This document shows positions 27,561-41,699 of a DNA stretch of 64,000 bases, piece after piece. The position numbers were made by a program, and so were the translations under genes. The DNA is from Octopus vulgaris (Eukaryota). The notes under the pieces are model-generated. The model saw only the letters and a list, made by a program, of their open reading frames with translations. It made no database searches and was not told the origin of the DNA. The number at the start of each line of letters is the position of its first letter. The first letter of the stretch is position 1. Location of the stretch: positions 5,146,001 to 5,210,000 of the forward strand of contig OX597817.1 of the NCBI GenBank assembly GCA_951406725.2, given 5' to 3'.

Positions 27561-28066
27561 GTGTGTCTTCGTGTATCTGTGTATTTACCTTTTTATGTCC
27601 TTGACTTCCCCACCTCAAAACTGCTAATGGATTGTTAACGACTCTATAACACAGAGATTCAAGAAAAACAAACCCCATAGATAAATTCTCAGACTTAAAT
27701 ACAATTATAGGAGACGGTTCCCCACGATTAACACATTCCAGGTAATGCTGCCGGGTGGACGCATTCCAATGTTTGAAATAAGTAAAGAAATAAGAGAATA
27801 AAATAATGTTATAATTTAGCAGAATATTTAGAACAACTAACAGAATGGAATGGTGCGCCAAGATGTAAAAGATATTGATGCCTTTGTTATTAAAATCAAC
27901 GAGAGGGTCGCTTGGCTGCAGTCGTTTAAAATTCTAAAAAACAGTAGCCAAATTATTTGAAATCACACCACACAGTCAAAATAGCTACTATTCCCATTTC
28001 TTCTAGTTCTGAGTTCAAATAGTGCTGAGGGCAACTTAGCCTTTCATCCTTTCGCCATAAAATACC

Positions 28067-28450
28067 TGGAAGCACTCCGTCGGTTACGACGACGAGGGTT
28101 CCGGTTGATCCAAATCAACGGAACAGCCTGCTCGTGAAATTAACGTGTAAGTGGCTGAGCACTCCACAGACACGTGTACCCTTAACGTAGTTTTCGGGGA
28201 TATTCAGCGTGACACAGAGAGTGACAAGGCCGGCCCTTTGAAATACAGGTACAACAGAAACAGGAAGAAAGAGTGAGAGAAAGTTTTGGTGAAAGGGTAC
28301 AGCAGGGATCACCACCATCCCCTGCCGGAGATTCGTGGAGCTTTAGGTGTTTTAGCTCAATAAACACTCACAACGCCTGGTCTGGGAATCGAAACCACGA
28401 TCCTATGACCGCGAGTCCGCTGCCCTAACCACTGGCCCATTGCGCCTCCA
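28067..28450 (-). mobile_element. tRNA-derived SINE, family C, nested in an older family B SINE
   Basis: Full length, with an 11-bp TSD CATAAAATACC at 28056-28066 and 28451-28461; the family B body (CTTTCATCCTTTCG) lies immediately to the left. Confidence 0.9.
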
Positions 28451-28936
28451 CATAAAATACCAACAAGTAATGGAATCGATAGATTTGATCAACTAATTGC
28501 GCGTGAAATTTGCTGGCCTTATGCCTAAATTAGAATAATTTACTTTATAAATTGAGGCAGCGAGATCGCGGATCATTAAGCACCAAAAGTAATATCACAA
28601 ATCAGAACATCCGACTTTCAGTTCCGATTTCAAATCCGGCCTCTGTCACTCCAGAGTCAGTAAAACAAAGTGCCAAGAAAAATAATGGTGTTGATGGTAT
28701 CGACTTCCCAACAAAATCGTTGATATTTTCCTGTATTAGAATCGATTATCGTTGTTCTTTTTATTGAAACGTGCATATAGGGAGACATATGTTATAGGGA
28801 GGTATAAAATAAATCAATAGATACAACTTAGAAAATAAAATGCGCATTAACAATCACATATTTCACCTATACTTCATTATTTTTTAAACTTTAAATCCCT
28901 CATATTTCTTTACAAATAAATATTTAAAGATGAATA

Positions 28937-29099
28937 GGCGCAGGAGTGGCTGTGTGGTAAGTAGCTTGCTAACCAGCCACATGGTTCCGGGTTCAGTCCC
29001 ACTGCGTGGCATCTTGGGCAAGTGTCTTCTACTATAGCCCCGGGCCGACCAATGCCTTGTGAGTGGATTTGGTAGACGGAAACTGAAAGAAGCCTGTCG

Positions 29100-29140
<41 letters not shown>

Positions 29141-29362
29141 TTTTGTGTGTCTGTGTTTGTTCCCCTAGCATTGCTTGACAACCGATGCTGGTGTGTTTAC
29201 GGTCCCCGTCACTTAGCGGTTCGGCGAAAAGAGACCGATAGAATAAGTAGTGGGCTTACAAAAAGAATAAGTCCCGGGGTCGAGTTGCTCGACTAAAGGC
29301 GGTGCTCCAGCATGGCCGCAGTCAAATGACTGAAACAAGTAAAAGAGTAAAAGAGTAAAAGT
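28937..29362 (+). mobile_element. tRNA-derived SINE, family A (full length)
   Basis: A-box-like TGGCTGTGTGG, B-box-like GGTTCAGTCCC and a (GTAAAAGA)n tail. Confidence 0.9.
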
Positions 29363-29935
29363 ATTGTCCCAATTAAATCAGTGCTTTAAATTATTTTTAA
29401 CATCGCCTCATTTGTTCCAGAAACACTTTTTTGAAGCTCATTTGCTGCGACTCAACATCTTTCCAACGACATTTTTAATGTAATCGCACGAAACTAGTAG
29501 AAATCATTTAGTTCCAGGTACTAGTTCAACTTACAATAGTGTCAACTTACTGGGAATATTTGTCACATGAACTGATTGTCCTTAATTATTCATTTTTAAC
29601 ACGTAGCTTCGGTTAAACACGGGTACGTACGAGTATTCTTTTGGCATCGTGTATACCTCTTCGGCTAACATTAGAAATTTATCTTTACATTCCGAATTAA
29701 AGTTTTATTTTCTAATTGTTTAATCATGCCAGCTTATGCACGTGGGTAGAGTTAAAGATTAGATGGCACCCTTATCCCGAATGAAAGACGTACAGCCATG
29801 TATATTTGCATATATATGAACACACAAATCGGAGAATACCTTGCCATTCAGGTGTATTGGCTGCCCTGATTGCGTGGATGGTATGCGCAGAAATTTTCAC
29901 ATCTTTTAAATAAAACTTTTTTGCTATATTATATA

Positions 29936-30335
29936 CTAGCAGTATCGCCCGGCGTTGCTCGGGTTTGTAAGGGAAATAACTATATAAGCATTTTTAGAGA
30001 GTTACTTACCTTATATAATAGCAAAAAAATGCATTAAAAATGTAAAAAAATTATGGTAAATTTTTTTAAATCGTAGACTCATGGTAGACATTTTTAGAGA
30101 GTGACTTCCCTTATATAATAGCGAAAAAATGCATTAAAAATGGAAAAAAATGATGGTAATTTTTTTTAAATCGTAGACTCATCGTGGACGCGCGCTAATA
30201 CCCAGAAGGGCTCGATATGAATCACGACTATAAGACACCCGCTTTTGGTTAAACTGCACCGCAAAATGTGGGAGTAGCTAGGAATCTAAATCGTAGGAGA
30301 CAGACACCACACAACTTAAGTTTTATAAATATAGA
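29936..30335 (-). mobile_element. non-autonomous Helitron, 400 bp
   Basis: Reverse complement starts A|TCTATATTTATAAAA and ends with hairpin CCCGAGCAACGCCGGG then CTAG|T, with no TSD; internal 100-bp tandem duplication (29989-30188). Confidence 0.9.
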
Positions 30336-31594
30336 TAATCTACGTACATATTACTTTATTCTTCATAATCTATATGTACATATTCAATTTTATTAATTTA
30401 TTTATTCATTTTTAGAAGGTTTAATACTGTCTATATTTTCCTTGTTGTTGTTATTGTCATTGTTTTTTTATGTTTGTCATTTTGATTATTATCATTTTGT
30501 TTTTGTAAAGCAGTTTATCATAATATTACATTTAATATTGTTTTAATGGAAACATTAAACTGGTGAAAAGCCTGAATATATTCACATACATCTATGGCTC
30601 TCCCTACCAAGCCTATTTTGCCAGTCCCTTAAAAATTTTCCACAGACAAATTTAAGAAGCTGTGTATTAGATCGGAATATTTAACTACTGGTACGTATTT
30701 TCAGGATAGGTTGAATTATAATATTAGGCATTAAATGAATAAACGTAACTATATGTAGCTAATTTGCTGAAGACTAAGGTGCAAGAATGACGGGGGCGGT
30801 GTAGGAGTAAATAGATATGAAGATGCTTGGAAGGAATTTGGAAGAGGGGAAGATGTAATTCGCAACATAATTAACAGAGAGAATGCAAAGATGTGCCATT
30901 CCTTTCGGGACAATCGATTTTCGACGTTCCTTTCTCATTCCAGTTATGTATTAGAAATATTGAAGTATATTGCTACACATGCAAAAAAAAAAAAAAGAAC
31001 CGAAACTGCATCAAAGCAATTCAACTAATTGCCAATGCTCTTTTGAGAAGAAAATGATGTTCTGTTTCTCCTGCCAGTATTTTTTACTGATAATAAAACG
31101 TCCCTTAACGTTGTGTTGTCAGTAGTAAACTAGAAATCATATCCGCTGAAGCCTAATTTGTGGAGGTATTCCTTATTTCCTGAGATCAATACAATGATCT
31201 ATCCTTCCCCAAATAACACTATAAGCATTTCAGTTTTCTGGGATTCGTCCAGTCATGTTATTAGTGTTTAGACAAATATGACATCAAATTAAGTAGATCT
31301 GTGACTTGCATGTCGTTGGCTCTCTATTTAAGTTATTCTTATCGAGGTCAATTGCTTAGGTTACTATAGTCAATGGTTTTCCATAGAAGGGTGTTTCTAC
31401 GGTCGTTTCCAATACAGTGTTTCTTTCTTGCATAAGAGTACACACACACGCGTGTTTGTGTGCAGGCATAGATATATAGACATATCTATCTATCTATATA
31501 CCTATCTATCTATATATATGCATATGTATATATATATACTTATATATATATGCATATATATATACGTACATACATACATACATACATACATACA

Positions 31595-31629
<35 letters not shown>

Positions 31630-31632
<3 letters not shown>

Positions 31633-31826
31633 ACAAAATGGGACAAGAACGCAAAACATCCGGACAGCTAGGTGATACAAAAGGGAAAACAAAACATCCA
31701 GATAGACGATACAAAGAAAACAAGGACGGATCATTCGAAGTTTTCTTTCCTCAGTCAAGTACCAGATTATCCTCGCAATTTTGGCTGATTATTCTTGAGA
31801 TTGCTCCAATCTGGCCAGCCCCAAAG
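31630..31826 (-). mobile_element. PLE-like pLTR fragment at a (TACA)n/(TA)n array
   Basis: Homologous to 50826-50985; minus strand carries degenerate HHR-like CTGAGGA-AAG-AAAA-CTTC-GAAT. Confidence 0.55.
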
Positions 31827-31844
31827 CATTATATATATAATGCC

Positions 31845-32420
31845 TTGCTATGGTAGAAATATTAATTCCGGAAACGCTACTGTTGTTGCGGTTGAACTTT
31901 AGGAATAAATAGTGCACAGAATCCCATCAGAGGGGTGTTCACTAAATGAGGTCAGCAGTCACTTGCTTGTTTGTCATCGTATATATGTCACTGAGGATAT
32001 TGAAAACACGGGCCACAGACATAATACAACGCTAATATTTAGATAGAATAGGTGACAATTTCCTGTATGCCTCGCTTATACCTCCTGCCATGCCGATTCT
32101 ATAATTACCTCTACGACAACTATCTTATTTCTCTATTGCCCACAAGGGGCTAAATATAGAGGGGACAACGAAGGACAGACAAAGGGATAAAGTCGGTTAC
32201 ATTGAAGAAATTGTCACCTATTCAAGATATTAGCGTTGTATTATAAATGTGGTCCGTGTCATCAGTATACTCAGTGACCTATGTATGATGAAAAAGAAGC
32301 AAACGACTGCTGGCCTCGGTTAGTGAACAAGCATCCGATGGGATTATGTGTACAATTTATTACTAAAGCTCAACCGCAACAATAGTAGCATTTCCCCAAC
32401 TGATATTTCTACTATAGCAA
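31845..32420. repeat. old fold-back element (about 215-bp diverged arms) with a SINE B fragment in the spacer
   Basis: Arm 31845-32062 is the reverse complement of 32207-32420 (for example TTGTTGCGGTTGA / TCAACCGCAACAA and ATAATACAACGCTAATAT / ATATTAGCGTTGTATTAT). Confidence 0.85.
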
Positions 32421-32479
32421 AACCTAAGATATGACCGACAATATATTTGGAGGGAGCAAGAATGGCATAGAACGAACAA

Positions 32480-32680
32480 GGCGGCGAGCGGGCAGAATTG
32501 TTAGCATGCCGGGCGAAATGCTTCACGGTATTTCGTCTGCCGCTACGTTCTGAGTTCAAATTTCGTCGATTAAAATAAGTACCAGTTACGCACTGGGGTC
32601 GATATAATCGACTTAATCCGTTTGTCTGTCCTTGTTTGTCCCCTCTGTGTTTAGCCTCTTGTGGGTAGTAAAGAAATAAG
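32480..32680 (+). mobile_element. SINE family B with internal deletion
   Basis: Runs from the GGCGGCGAGC head to the GTGGGTAGTAAAGAAATA tail. Confidence 0.85.
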
Positions 32681-34980
32681 AACGAGCTAGGGGGAGAGAA
32701 AGAGCGAAGGCGGGGGAAATAAGGAGAGTTGTTGTTTTGGTTATTTAGCACCAGGTCAGCCCTGGTCATGAAGATTTTTATTCAAAGACTTCACAGAGCT
32801 GAACAATTAGGTTTTCTAATTTTCATGTGTTTCAATTCCAAGTTCGTGATTTTTCTGCTCTTTCTATCCGGTCGAATTATCAATAAGAATCTCTCTTGTT
32901 GGTTTAACGAATAAGTGATTGTGGAGTGGGTATACAATAGGTGTCTGTATGAATACACGTGGATTTTGTCTATTTCAGTTGATAAGAATGAAACCATATG
33001 TCAGCAGCTGCTGCTGAATATTAACCAACATTCAGCAATACAAACCTGTGTAGGCTCATGATTGGAATAAAAGTATTTAAAATTTTCATCATAAGTGAAA
33101 TGAATTACAGACAAAACTTCTGTAATTTAAGCAAAAAATATGAATATTGTGAAAGATATATGACTATATATCAGTCAAATCTTTCTACAGTGTTTGAAAA
33201 CACTTGACATGGTAGAGTGATATCATTGTTTTACTCTATGTTACAGGAAAGTTAAGAAAAGGAAGATGGATATAGATTTATTTAAATCAACAACTGCAAC
33301 GAGAACAGATGTTAAGAAATAGAATAGAGACAGCAAGGCGGCAACAACATATATACATAAATACAAAAAAGAAGACTAGTAAGCTATAATAAATTGGATT
33401 GTTGAAAGAGTTGGAGATAACTACTGAGTGCAGACTATTAACAGTTCAACAATTGCAAATAAACAAGGAGACATGGTAAACTAAAGCATAAAATAATGTT
33501 AACAAATCAAAACTGATAACATAGAAAAGTAAAGAACTTGTTTATTCAAAATGAGAATGATACGAGCCAAGCAATTAAGTAGTTTAAATCCAGATACAGA
33601 TCTGTTAGAAAATCAGAACACCAACTTAGTCATTGCAAGAACAAATAACTGAGAATTTACAAATGGTAGTATAGAAATAGCAGAGAATTATGGACACTGC
33701 GAAAGAGTGAGTATGTATATGGTGCGAAGACACAAAAATGCTATTTGTAACAAGAATTTAAGGTATTCAACATATTAGATAGAAAGAATTAGCTCCTCTC
33801 ACAAAGCAATATACTTTGTCTACAATGCAGAACAGGATTTAATCTACATGCTTTCCTGAATTACGGAACATGAGGTCGGACTGACATTATTGTTGGATTA
33901 GAAAGCTTAATTTAGATATTTTTTTAAAGCTTTAAGCCAATCAATTACTTACTTCGGCTTCTCATAGGAGAATTTTCGGGAATATTGGCTGGGGACATGA
34001 AAGACGATATTAATTAGAATTCCATTAACCATTTATTAATTGATGACTGTATCAATTAAAACTTGATTGTAGTTTTCTTTGATACCAGAAATCCTATGGG
34101 ATTTGGTGTAACATATGATGATTGAGGTTTATAACAGAGATAGCGAAGAGATAGAAAATATTTGCCGACAAGGGACGTGTTTACTGCTGTACCATAATTT
34201 TTCAAACGTTTCTGAAATTAGATTATTTCACTCAGCTTTTGCAGACTACGTAAAATAAAGCCAGTTGCGAAACAGTCAATCATTTGGTGTCTCGGGATAA
34301 AAATACTTTCTAAAGATAATTATGTTAAAAAAACAAAAGAAATCACTAATGGTTCTTCTAATAGTTTCGGAAAACAAGGATACAGTTACATTGAGTTAAA
34401 AAGAAATGTCAGAGTTACATTAACTATGTGTAATCGGTGAAGGACTTGTGATGCTACCCTTGTCTTTTCAGACCCTATCAGACTTGTGAAGATTGTGCTG
34501 TCGTTGTTGATATCGTTGTCGTTCTGGTTTGTTGTTGCTGCTGGTGTTGTCCAGTTCATCTTCGATCAATGAAACCAATAAATAAAGACTTTCCTGTTGA
34601 GGTTCTACAACACTTTCTTCAAAGTTACAAGATCTAAAATTCCGTTATGAAATGATACATTAATTTCTTTTTTAAGGAGCATTCTGCCATATAGAGGCAT
34701 GTTGTTGATGTTTCCCTCCCTGAATTGAGACTGGTATTGTTAAAGTACTAGATTACAGCTTGAACTTCTATAATTGTAAGCCTGTACAGCAAAATAAAAT
34801 AGGCAAGCATGGAATTACTTATGGCTGCAATACGAGAATGGGCTGAGAGAAAGGATGCATTTTAATTCAGTAAAAGTCATGTGAGCGAGACTTGCAAACG
34901 TATTGGGGATGAGCAATTTTTTCAGTCAAGTGGATGGCATTTCGGAAGTGGTACAGCTCAAGATATATATTTGTCACTAT

Positions 34981-35265
34981 GGCGCAGGCGTGACTGTGTA
35001 GTAGCAAGTTTGTTACCTAATCACATAATTCCAGGTCGAGTTCCATGGCGTGGTACATTGGACAAGTCTCTTTTACTACAGCTCCAAGCCGAGCAAAGAC
35101 ATGAGATTATATTTCATAGACGGAAACTGAAAGAAGCTCTTCATATATGTGTACGTCTGTGCGTTGGTGTTAACCGTTCAACAACGTTTGACAAACAGTG
35201 TTGACTTCTTTGCGTCCCCGTTACTTAGCGATTCGGCACAAGAGAACGATAGCGTACCAGGTTTT
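34981..35265 (+). mobile_element. SINE family A, degraded
   Basis: GGCGCAGGCGTGACTGTGTAG...AGACGGAAACTGAAAGAAGC...ACTTAGCGATTCGGCA. Confidence 0.75.
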
Positions 35266-35998
35266 AAGAAGTACATGTGTGGAACTGGTTATTGGTAGTA
35301 TCGTACTTAATCAGAAATATTTCAAAATAAGGCAGAACGTGGTGCTGAACAGGGATTTAACTGTTTGAAAAAATGTTCAACAATTTGTCGTTTAATTAAT
35401 ATTCTAAATTTATCTACGAAGTCATAAAAATATAGGCTATTTCATCTGTTTCAAAATTTTGTGTTTGAACTGATATTTAAATTTAATTACTGAACTTAAA
35501 AATCATTTATATATTTTATTATGATTTAAACCCGTCCGTATAAAACATATTTGTACAAGGATTAAGCAAACCCATTTCTAAGAAGATAAAATAAAACGCA
35601 TAGATGGTTTCTCGTTATGCTATTAAGCAGTATGAAAAATGTAATCCAATAGAACTCAATGCTTTAAATGAAACAAAACAAGATGATATAATTGCAGACT
35701 TAGCGTTAATATGATTTGGAGAACAAAACTGGCATTCAGTAACGCAACAGACCTCTAAAATATGAAAGTTGCTCTCAGAATATAATTGTTGTTGAAATTC
35801 ACTACATTACACATGCATGCACACGCGCGCTCACACAAGCACGCATACACACACATGCATGTCTGTATGTCATTGTTAGTTTTATTTCAAGATTTCTTCC
35901 CAATAGACGAAGAGCCGGTTTCTAAACTAGATCCAAAGCTCCTTCATTGGAATTTCAAAATCAACAACAGGGTATATATATATATATATATATACATA

Positions 35999-36523
35999 TC
36001 TTATATAAAATCCGTTGTCTGTCTGTCTGTCTTCTCGGATCTCGGGCATCCTCCATCCGATTGCGCTCAAATTTGATATGTAGATACCGACGGTATCAGG
36101 GCGTGTATAAGTCTTGATAAATTACAAAAATCGATTCCAGGTGAGAATGCGATCGATAAAGCCGTGGGAAGGTGCATTTGTATGCGCAATTAAATCAGCT
36201 GCTGCGATCGATACTACGCGTACGCGAGATAAATGCACGTGCAGTTTGCGCAAAAAAGCCGGCTGACTTGAAAAACTGGTACTTTAAACTCATTACTGAT
36301 AATTAAAACTCTTCGGTTGCATATGTGTGGGAATAAAATCATTTTTCTTTGGAATAGAAAAAAGTCTATTTTTATTTCTTCTTTTGCTGGTGTCTCAAAT
36401 TTAGGTTAAATCTGTGTTTCTCAAAGGGGAGGCCTATAGGACGGTCGGACAAGTTTTGAGAAACTTTGGTTTAAAAGTTTGACAACCCAGCTCCGTCCAT
36501 TGGACGAGGGGGCGTTTTGCTTG
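35999..36523 (+). mobile_element. non-autonomous Helitron-like element
   Basis: 5' A|TCTTATATAAAA followed by (GTCT)n; 3' hairpin CGTCCATTGGACG then CTTG|T; the last about 105 bp recur inverted at 42520-42630. Confidence 0.65.
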
Positions 36524-36780
36524 TATATATGTATATGCGGTCACAGGAGTGTGACGAAAGAACTCTGGCCGAAATAAGATTAAGATTAATGTAAAAAATA
36601 AATAACACTGAAGCAAAGTAACACCAAATATATAGTGCGTGTGTTTTTATTGGCTAAACTGGCAAAATGACCATTCCTAAATACAACAATATATATATAA
36701 TATTTATATATATATATATATATATATATAGCAAGAGAGAGAGAGAGAGAAAGAGAGGGGTAGATAGCTAGCTAGCTAGC

Positions 36781-36977
<197 letters not shown>

Positions 36978-37274
36978 GGGGGATTTTCTACGAATCTATG
37001 GGAAGGACGTCTTACGCATGTCAACATCGGACACATATTTCCATTCCCAGACCCATCTTCTGGTGCGAGCACAGCTGAGTGCGAAGGAACCTTCCCCAAC
37101 CTCACTCACGCTTTTTCTCTCACTGTCTCTGTCTGCCTCTCTCTCTCTCTCTTTCTTCATCCCTGTCTTTCGCTCTCACTCTTTCTATTATACACGCACA
37201 CATATATACATATATATGAAGACTGACAGATAGACAGATATGCATGTATGTATGTATATATATGTATATTTTAT

Positions 37275-37620
37275 TGCTTTTATTTGTTTCAGTCATTTGA
37301 CTGCGGCCATGCTGGAACACCGCCTTTAGTCGAAACAAATCGACCCTAGTGCTTATTCTTTTGTAAGTCTAGTACTTATTCTATCGGTCATTTTTGCCGA
37401 ACGCTAAGTTACGAGGACGTAAACAAACACAAACTTACAAACATATATATATATATATATACTTATATACGACGGGTTTCTTTCAGTTTCCGTCTACCAA
37501 ATCCACTCACAAGGCTTTGGTCGACCCGAGGCTATAGTAGAAGACACTTGCCCAAGGTGCCGCGCAATGAGACTGAACTCGTAAACATGTAGTTTGTAAG
37601 CAAGCTACTTAAAACACAGG
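37275..37620 (-). mobile_element. SINE family A
   Basis: Reverse complement of the 28937 copy along its length. Confidence 0.9.
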
Positions 37621-37690
37621 ACAACAAATGTTAAGGCAAAGCAAGCATCTCAAGTCAAATACATTATTATTATTATTGGAAAAAATTCAA

Positions 37691-37748
37691 TGTCTTACAG
37701 CTGTTTCTGGGATATATCAGAGTATGGGATATTCCGTCATCAGACACA
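37691..37748 (-). ncRNA. type I hammerhead ribozyme motif in a PLE-like remnant
   Basis: Reverse complement GTGT-CTGATGA-CGGAATAT..ATATCCCA-GAAA-C-AGCT-G-TA|AGACA; intact core and GUA triplet, with one mismatch each in helices I and II. Confidence 0.7.
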
Positions 37749-38468
37749 AATAGGGGAAAATAGGAAAAATGCGAAGAGTATATATTAATGGAATGACGAC
37801 ATAGAAGAGTAAAGGAATAAGATGAAGAAAGAGAAGAAAAAAGAAGCATAAAATTTCATAGTTCAACTTTACTATGTTGTAGAAACAAATGCATAAGTCC
37901 TTAGGTGCAATCCTGCGTAGATCCACGTGTGTTAAAATCCTGATATTTTAAACATCCAGAGAAAAAAGAATGGTAGCGGAGGTGGCTAGTAAGTGGTAAC
38001 AAGAAAGGAAAGTAAAACAATAGAGAGGTAGATAGAGTGAAGAAGGGAAATTAAGCATTGGCTTTAGGGTAAACTAAAGTATGTAAGCAAATAGGGTCTA
38101 AGAATATTGTGTTCAGTGGTTGCCGAGAAGGAGGATGAGGAGGTAGACATATGCTAGACAGACAGATAGACAGATACATACATACATACATACATACATA
38201 CATACATAAATACATACATACATGCATGCATGCATACATACATACATACGTACGTACATATATACATACATACATACATACATAAACACATACATGGATT
38301 AAGAATGCGGGGATAGAAGAGAAAAGATGAAACTGCACAAAATAACTGCTTTGTCATACCCGATTGGGACGTCATGTTACTTCTTAGCCTTGGCATACAT
38401 GTCTATGAACGTCTGTTTTTCTTAGACTATGTGATGAGCGTATATACAACTCCACCTTCCCTCTCTCA

Positions 38469-38508
<40 letters not shown>

Positions 38509-38538
38509 TCAAAAGTAAGCAACAAGAATGGATCCGGT

Positions 38539-38629
38539 AATTTAGTACAATTGTTTCATACTATAACATTCTTTTAAAAGCTGTAAATATTACAGCAGAT
38601 ATAATATGTCAAGTAATCTTCAGCTAATT
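38539..38629 (-). ncRNA. type I hammerhead ribozyme motif
   Basis: Reverse complement TTAG-CTGAAGA-TTACTTGACAT...ATGTTATAGTAT-GAAA-C-AATT-G-TA|CTAA; homologue of 49832-49920. Confidence 0.7.
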
Positions 38630-38664
38630 TCATATAGGTTTTCCAATAATATAAAATTCTCAAA

Positions 38665-38720
<56 letters not shown>

Positions 38721-39313
38721 TGTGTGTGTGTATGTGTGTGTTTCCTCTATGCACAGCCAAACCGCTGGATCACTCTGTACCAGATTTAGCATGTAACTCT
38801 TTCATTACTTCGGGATGTTTCTAGGTGGATCAAATTTTGGTCCTTGCCATTATAGGGGACTGTACTTCCCCTATACGACCCTTCCGATTTTTCTATTTTT
38901 CCTTTTTACAGCAGTATATTAGTTTCAATGTTATTCTGATACTTTTCATAGAATTTATAATATTGTTTCACATATTTTCTTTCACTAATTGTTTCACTTT
39001 CATTCTTACTGTCTGTCTGCGGCTGTGTTTCCTGTATGCACGGCTAAACCGCTGGATCAGTGTGTGCTAAATTTGGCTATCTGGAAATTACGTCGGTTTT
39101 GTTTTTTCGCTTTAAAGGTAAACGATTCTGAAACGATTTTTAATTGTGATAATGAAAAAAGAGGTTTAAAGAAAAAGAAAGAGCAAGGTTTCTAAAAAAC
39201 TAAAGGTCTTCATACGAACACGCGCTTATACACTTTAGGATACCTTTCAATTTATACGATAAATTTTATAAATTTTAAAGTTCAATATTCCCGTAATATA
39301 AGTTAGAGATATC

Positions 39314-39741
39314 GGATCTTTTCGGTTTGAACGGCAGATTTTAAAATAATTTCTAGGTAACTAAAAAATGTTAAACTTCGTATACTGGTAGAATGTGTTT
39401 ATAAAACATCTTTTTCTCTTGGCTTTATTGAGAAAATTCTATAGTTTGTAAGATATTTGTTGTTGTTTTTCTTTAATTTCTGCAATTTCAGCCAATCAGT
39501 GACGTCTATTGAGTTAAAAAGCAGTCTATGCCGTATGAATGTGTCCCTCGTTTAAGAAACAGATTGGGTTTATGTACATTTGTGAAGAAAAAAAGATACC
39601 CTTCCCCCACCCTTAACCCTAACTCTAACCCTAACCCTAAATTACATTGAAATGCAATAGATCGATTATAGGGTCATAATTATGGGTGATAATTTCATAT
39701 GACACCGCTAGAAAAAACTGCCGTTCAAACCGAAAAGATCC
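39314..39741 (+). mobile_element. GGATC MITE, full length, 8-bp TSD
   Basis: TIRs intact; TSD GAGATATC at 39306-39313 and 39742-39749; internal (TAACCC)n-like run. Confidence 0.9.
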
Positions 39742-40071
39742 GAGATATCGACATGAGTTATTCAAATAATTGTTCGTAGAATGGTCCTAATAAGATTAGC
39801 TACATTTCACTCGATATTTCATATTTAAATCCTATGTGACTATTTCTACTTGGATATTCGTCCTACCTCAGATTCGAAATCGAATCTACAATTTCCCCTT
39901 AGCCATACGGCCAATTGTTCTGTCAAAGAGTGACGCAGATTTATGTGTTCCGCACTTCGCACCTAATCTTTTCTATGCCATGAAAGTTGAAGTAGATGAG
40001 CGACCTACATTAATTCATCCATTGTTAGAGTGGTATACCTCTTTTTCTACCTGCTCTGCATAAGCACGGTG

Positions 40072-40104
40072 TCTATAAAATTCACTGTCTCTGAGTGTGC
40101 ATGC

Positions 40105-40135
<31 letters not shown>

Positions 40136-40914
40136 CGTGCGTGTGAGTGTGTGTGTGTGTGTTTCCTCTATTCACGGCCAAATTACTGGATCAATCTTTA
40201 TCAAATTTGTCATGAAGGTTTTTCATCCCTCAGGGAAGGTTCTAGGGTGGGGGAGTCACTAAATATTTTACTTTCTTTCAAAAACAGAAATAAATTTTAC
40301 ATATCTGTCGGTTTAGTTCATTTCATTTTAAAGGTAAACGATTCTTTAAAGGCAAATCTGATATTGAATAATTCTCCGTCATACATCTACGACCCCACCT
40401 CTTTTTTTAAAGTAAAGATAAACGCTTTTTAATTATGATAATGAAACAAGAGGTTTAGTGCTTGCCGCCAAAATTCAGTTCTCTTTGGAAATATAAGGGT
40501 GACAATATCTTCATTGCACGGATCCCATTAATCCTATCTGACCTCCCCTATGAATTTAAACGGCTCCGGTTCCAAGTGAAGTTTTGCTATATCCATAAGC
40601 AAATCTCAAGCGCAATTTGTCAACGTTATTAGACATATCCTTGCTTCTATTAGCTTCTCTCATGGGCACTTATATATTTAGAATGTTCGCGAGTTGTAAG
40701 TCCCAAAACTCTTTTTTTCTTTGTACACCAATTAAAGGACACATTGAAAACATTGTATATTTAGAAGTTCTGCCAAATTAACCTGTGAGTGATTTCAGGA
40801 CTATTTTTAGTAATTTTGTTTATACTAACGTTATCTGATAGAATCTTTCTGAAAATATATTCACTTCTTTTAAGATTTTTTAATCTTCCGAGCAATACAG
40901 GGGAATTAGGCTAG
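40072..40914 (+). mobile_element. non-autonomous Helitron, diverged; related pieces at 38740-38830 and 39010-39200
   Basis: 5' TCTATAAAA followed by (GT)n; 3' CCGAGCAATACAGGGG..CTAG|T resembles the 3' end of the 29936 Helitron. Confidence 0.6.
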
Positions 40915-40915
40915 T

Positions 40916-40969
<54 letters not shown>

Positions 40970-41662
40970 GTGCACGTGTGTGCATGTGCGTGTTTAGTGG
41001 GGTTGGTTGGGTGTATGTGTGTGTGTGTGCGCGTACACGTACACATGCATACGTATATAGAAATAAATTTCTATGTACAAGTATATGCACACACATATTT
41101 ACTGAACTAGGTAGCAATATTAGTCTTTCGAAATGATATATTTAATTACTGAGACGGTACAACGAATCGACAGTCAGTTGTTACTACAATTTTATTCTTA
41201 TGAGAATTCATTAAACGAGAATAATTAGCCTTAAAACAAGATATACAACATTTGCTATAACATGCATCCTTGGACATCTAAGTGCTTCGGTGTATGTCCA
41301 TCTTCCAGCTGCATTTGAAAAAGAGAATGTTTGTTCTTTTAGTCACAAACATAGCAACTGACTGTGTCACTAATGGTTGGTATGTAAGTTGACCAAACAA
41401 TAAAACGTGGCAGCCACTTTATTTAGCTGTTTAAATAGTCGTTAAAATACTTTTCAGTGTGCTCCACTGGGAGATGAGGTATAAGAAGTTGGAACACTTC
41501 AATATATATTGGGAATTACTAAGTAATACATAAATGCATATTAATCTACTCAGATAATTCGTAATTCATTTAAATATAATATTTCGGGTTTGAGATTGTG
41601 CAATGTTTAAGCTGGCAGAGGTTTGTTGCGAAACTAAAAGAATAAAACTGACAACATGTACG

Positions 41663-41698
<36 letters not shown>

Positions 41699-41699
41699 G

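Noticed and set aside
28370-28450. tRNA genes at SINE heads (also 2840-2914 and 53215-53287)
   Set aside because: A and B boxes are present but there is no closed acceptor stem, and the sequence continues into SINE bodies.
33000-34100. Highly decayed LINE-like coding remnant
   Set aside because: Purine-rich with only faint motif resemblance; I cannot anchor a family.
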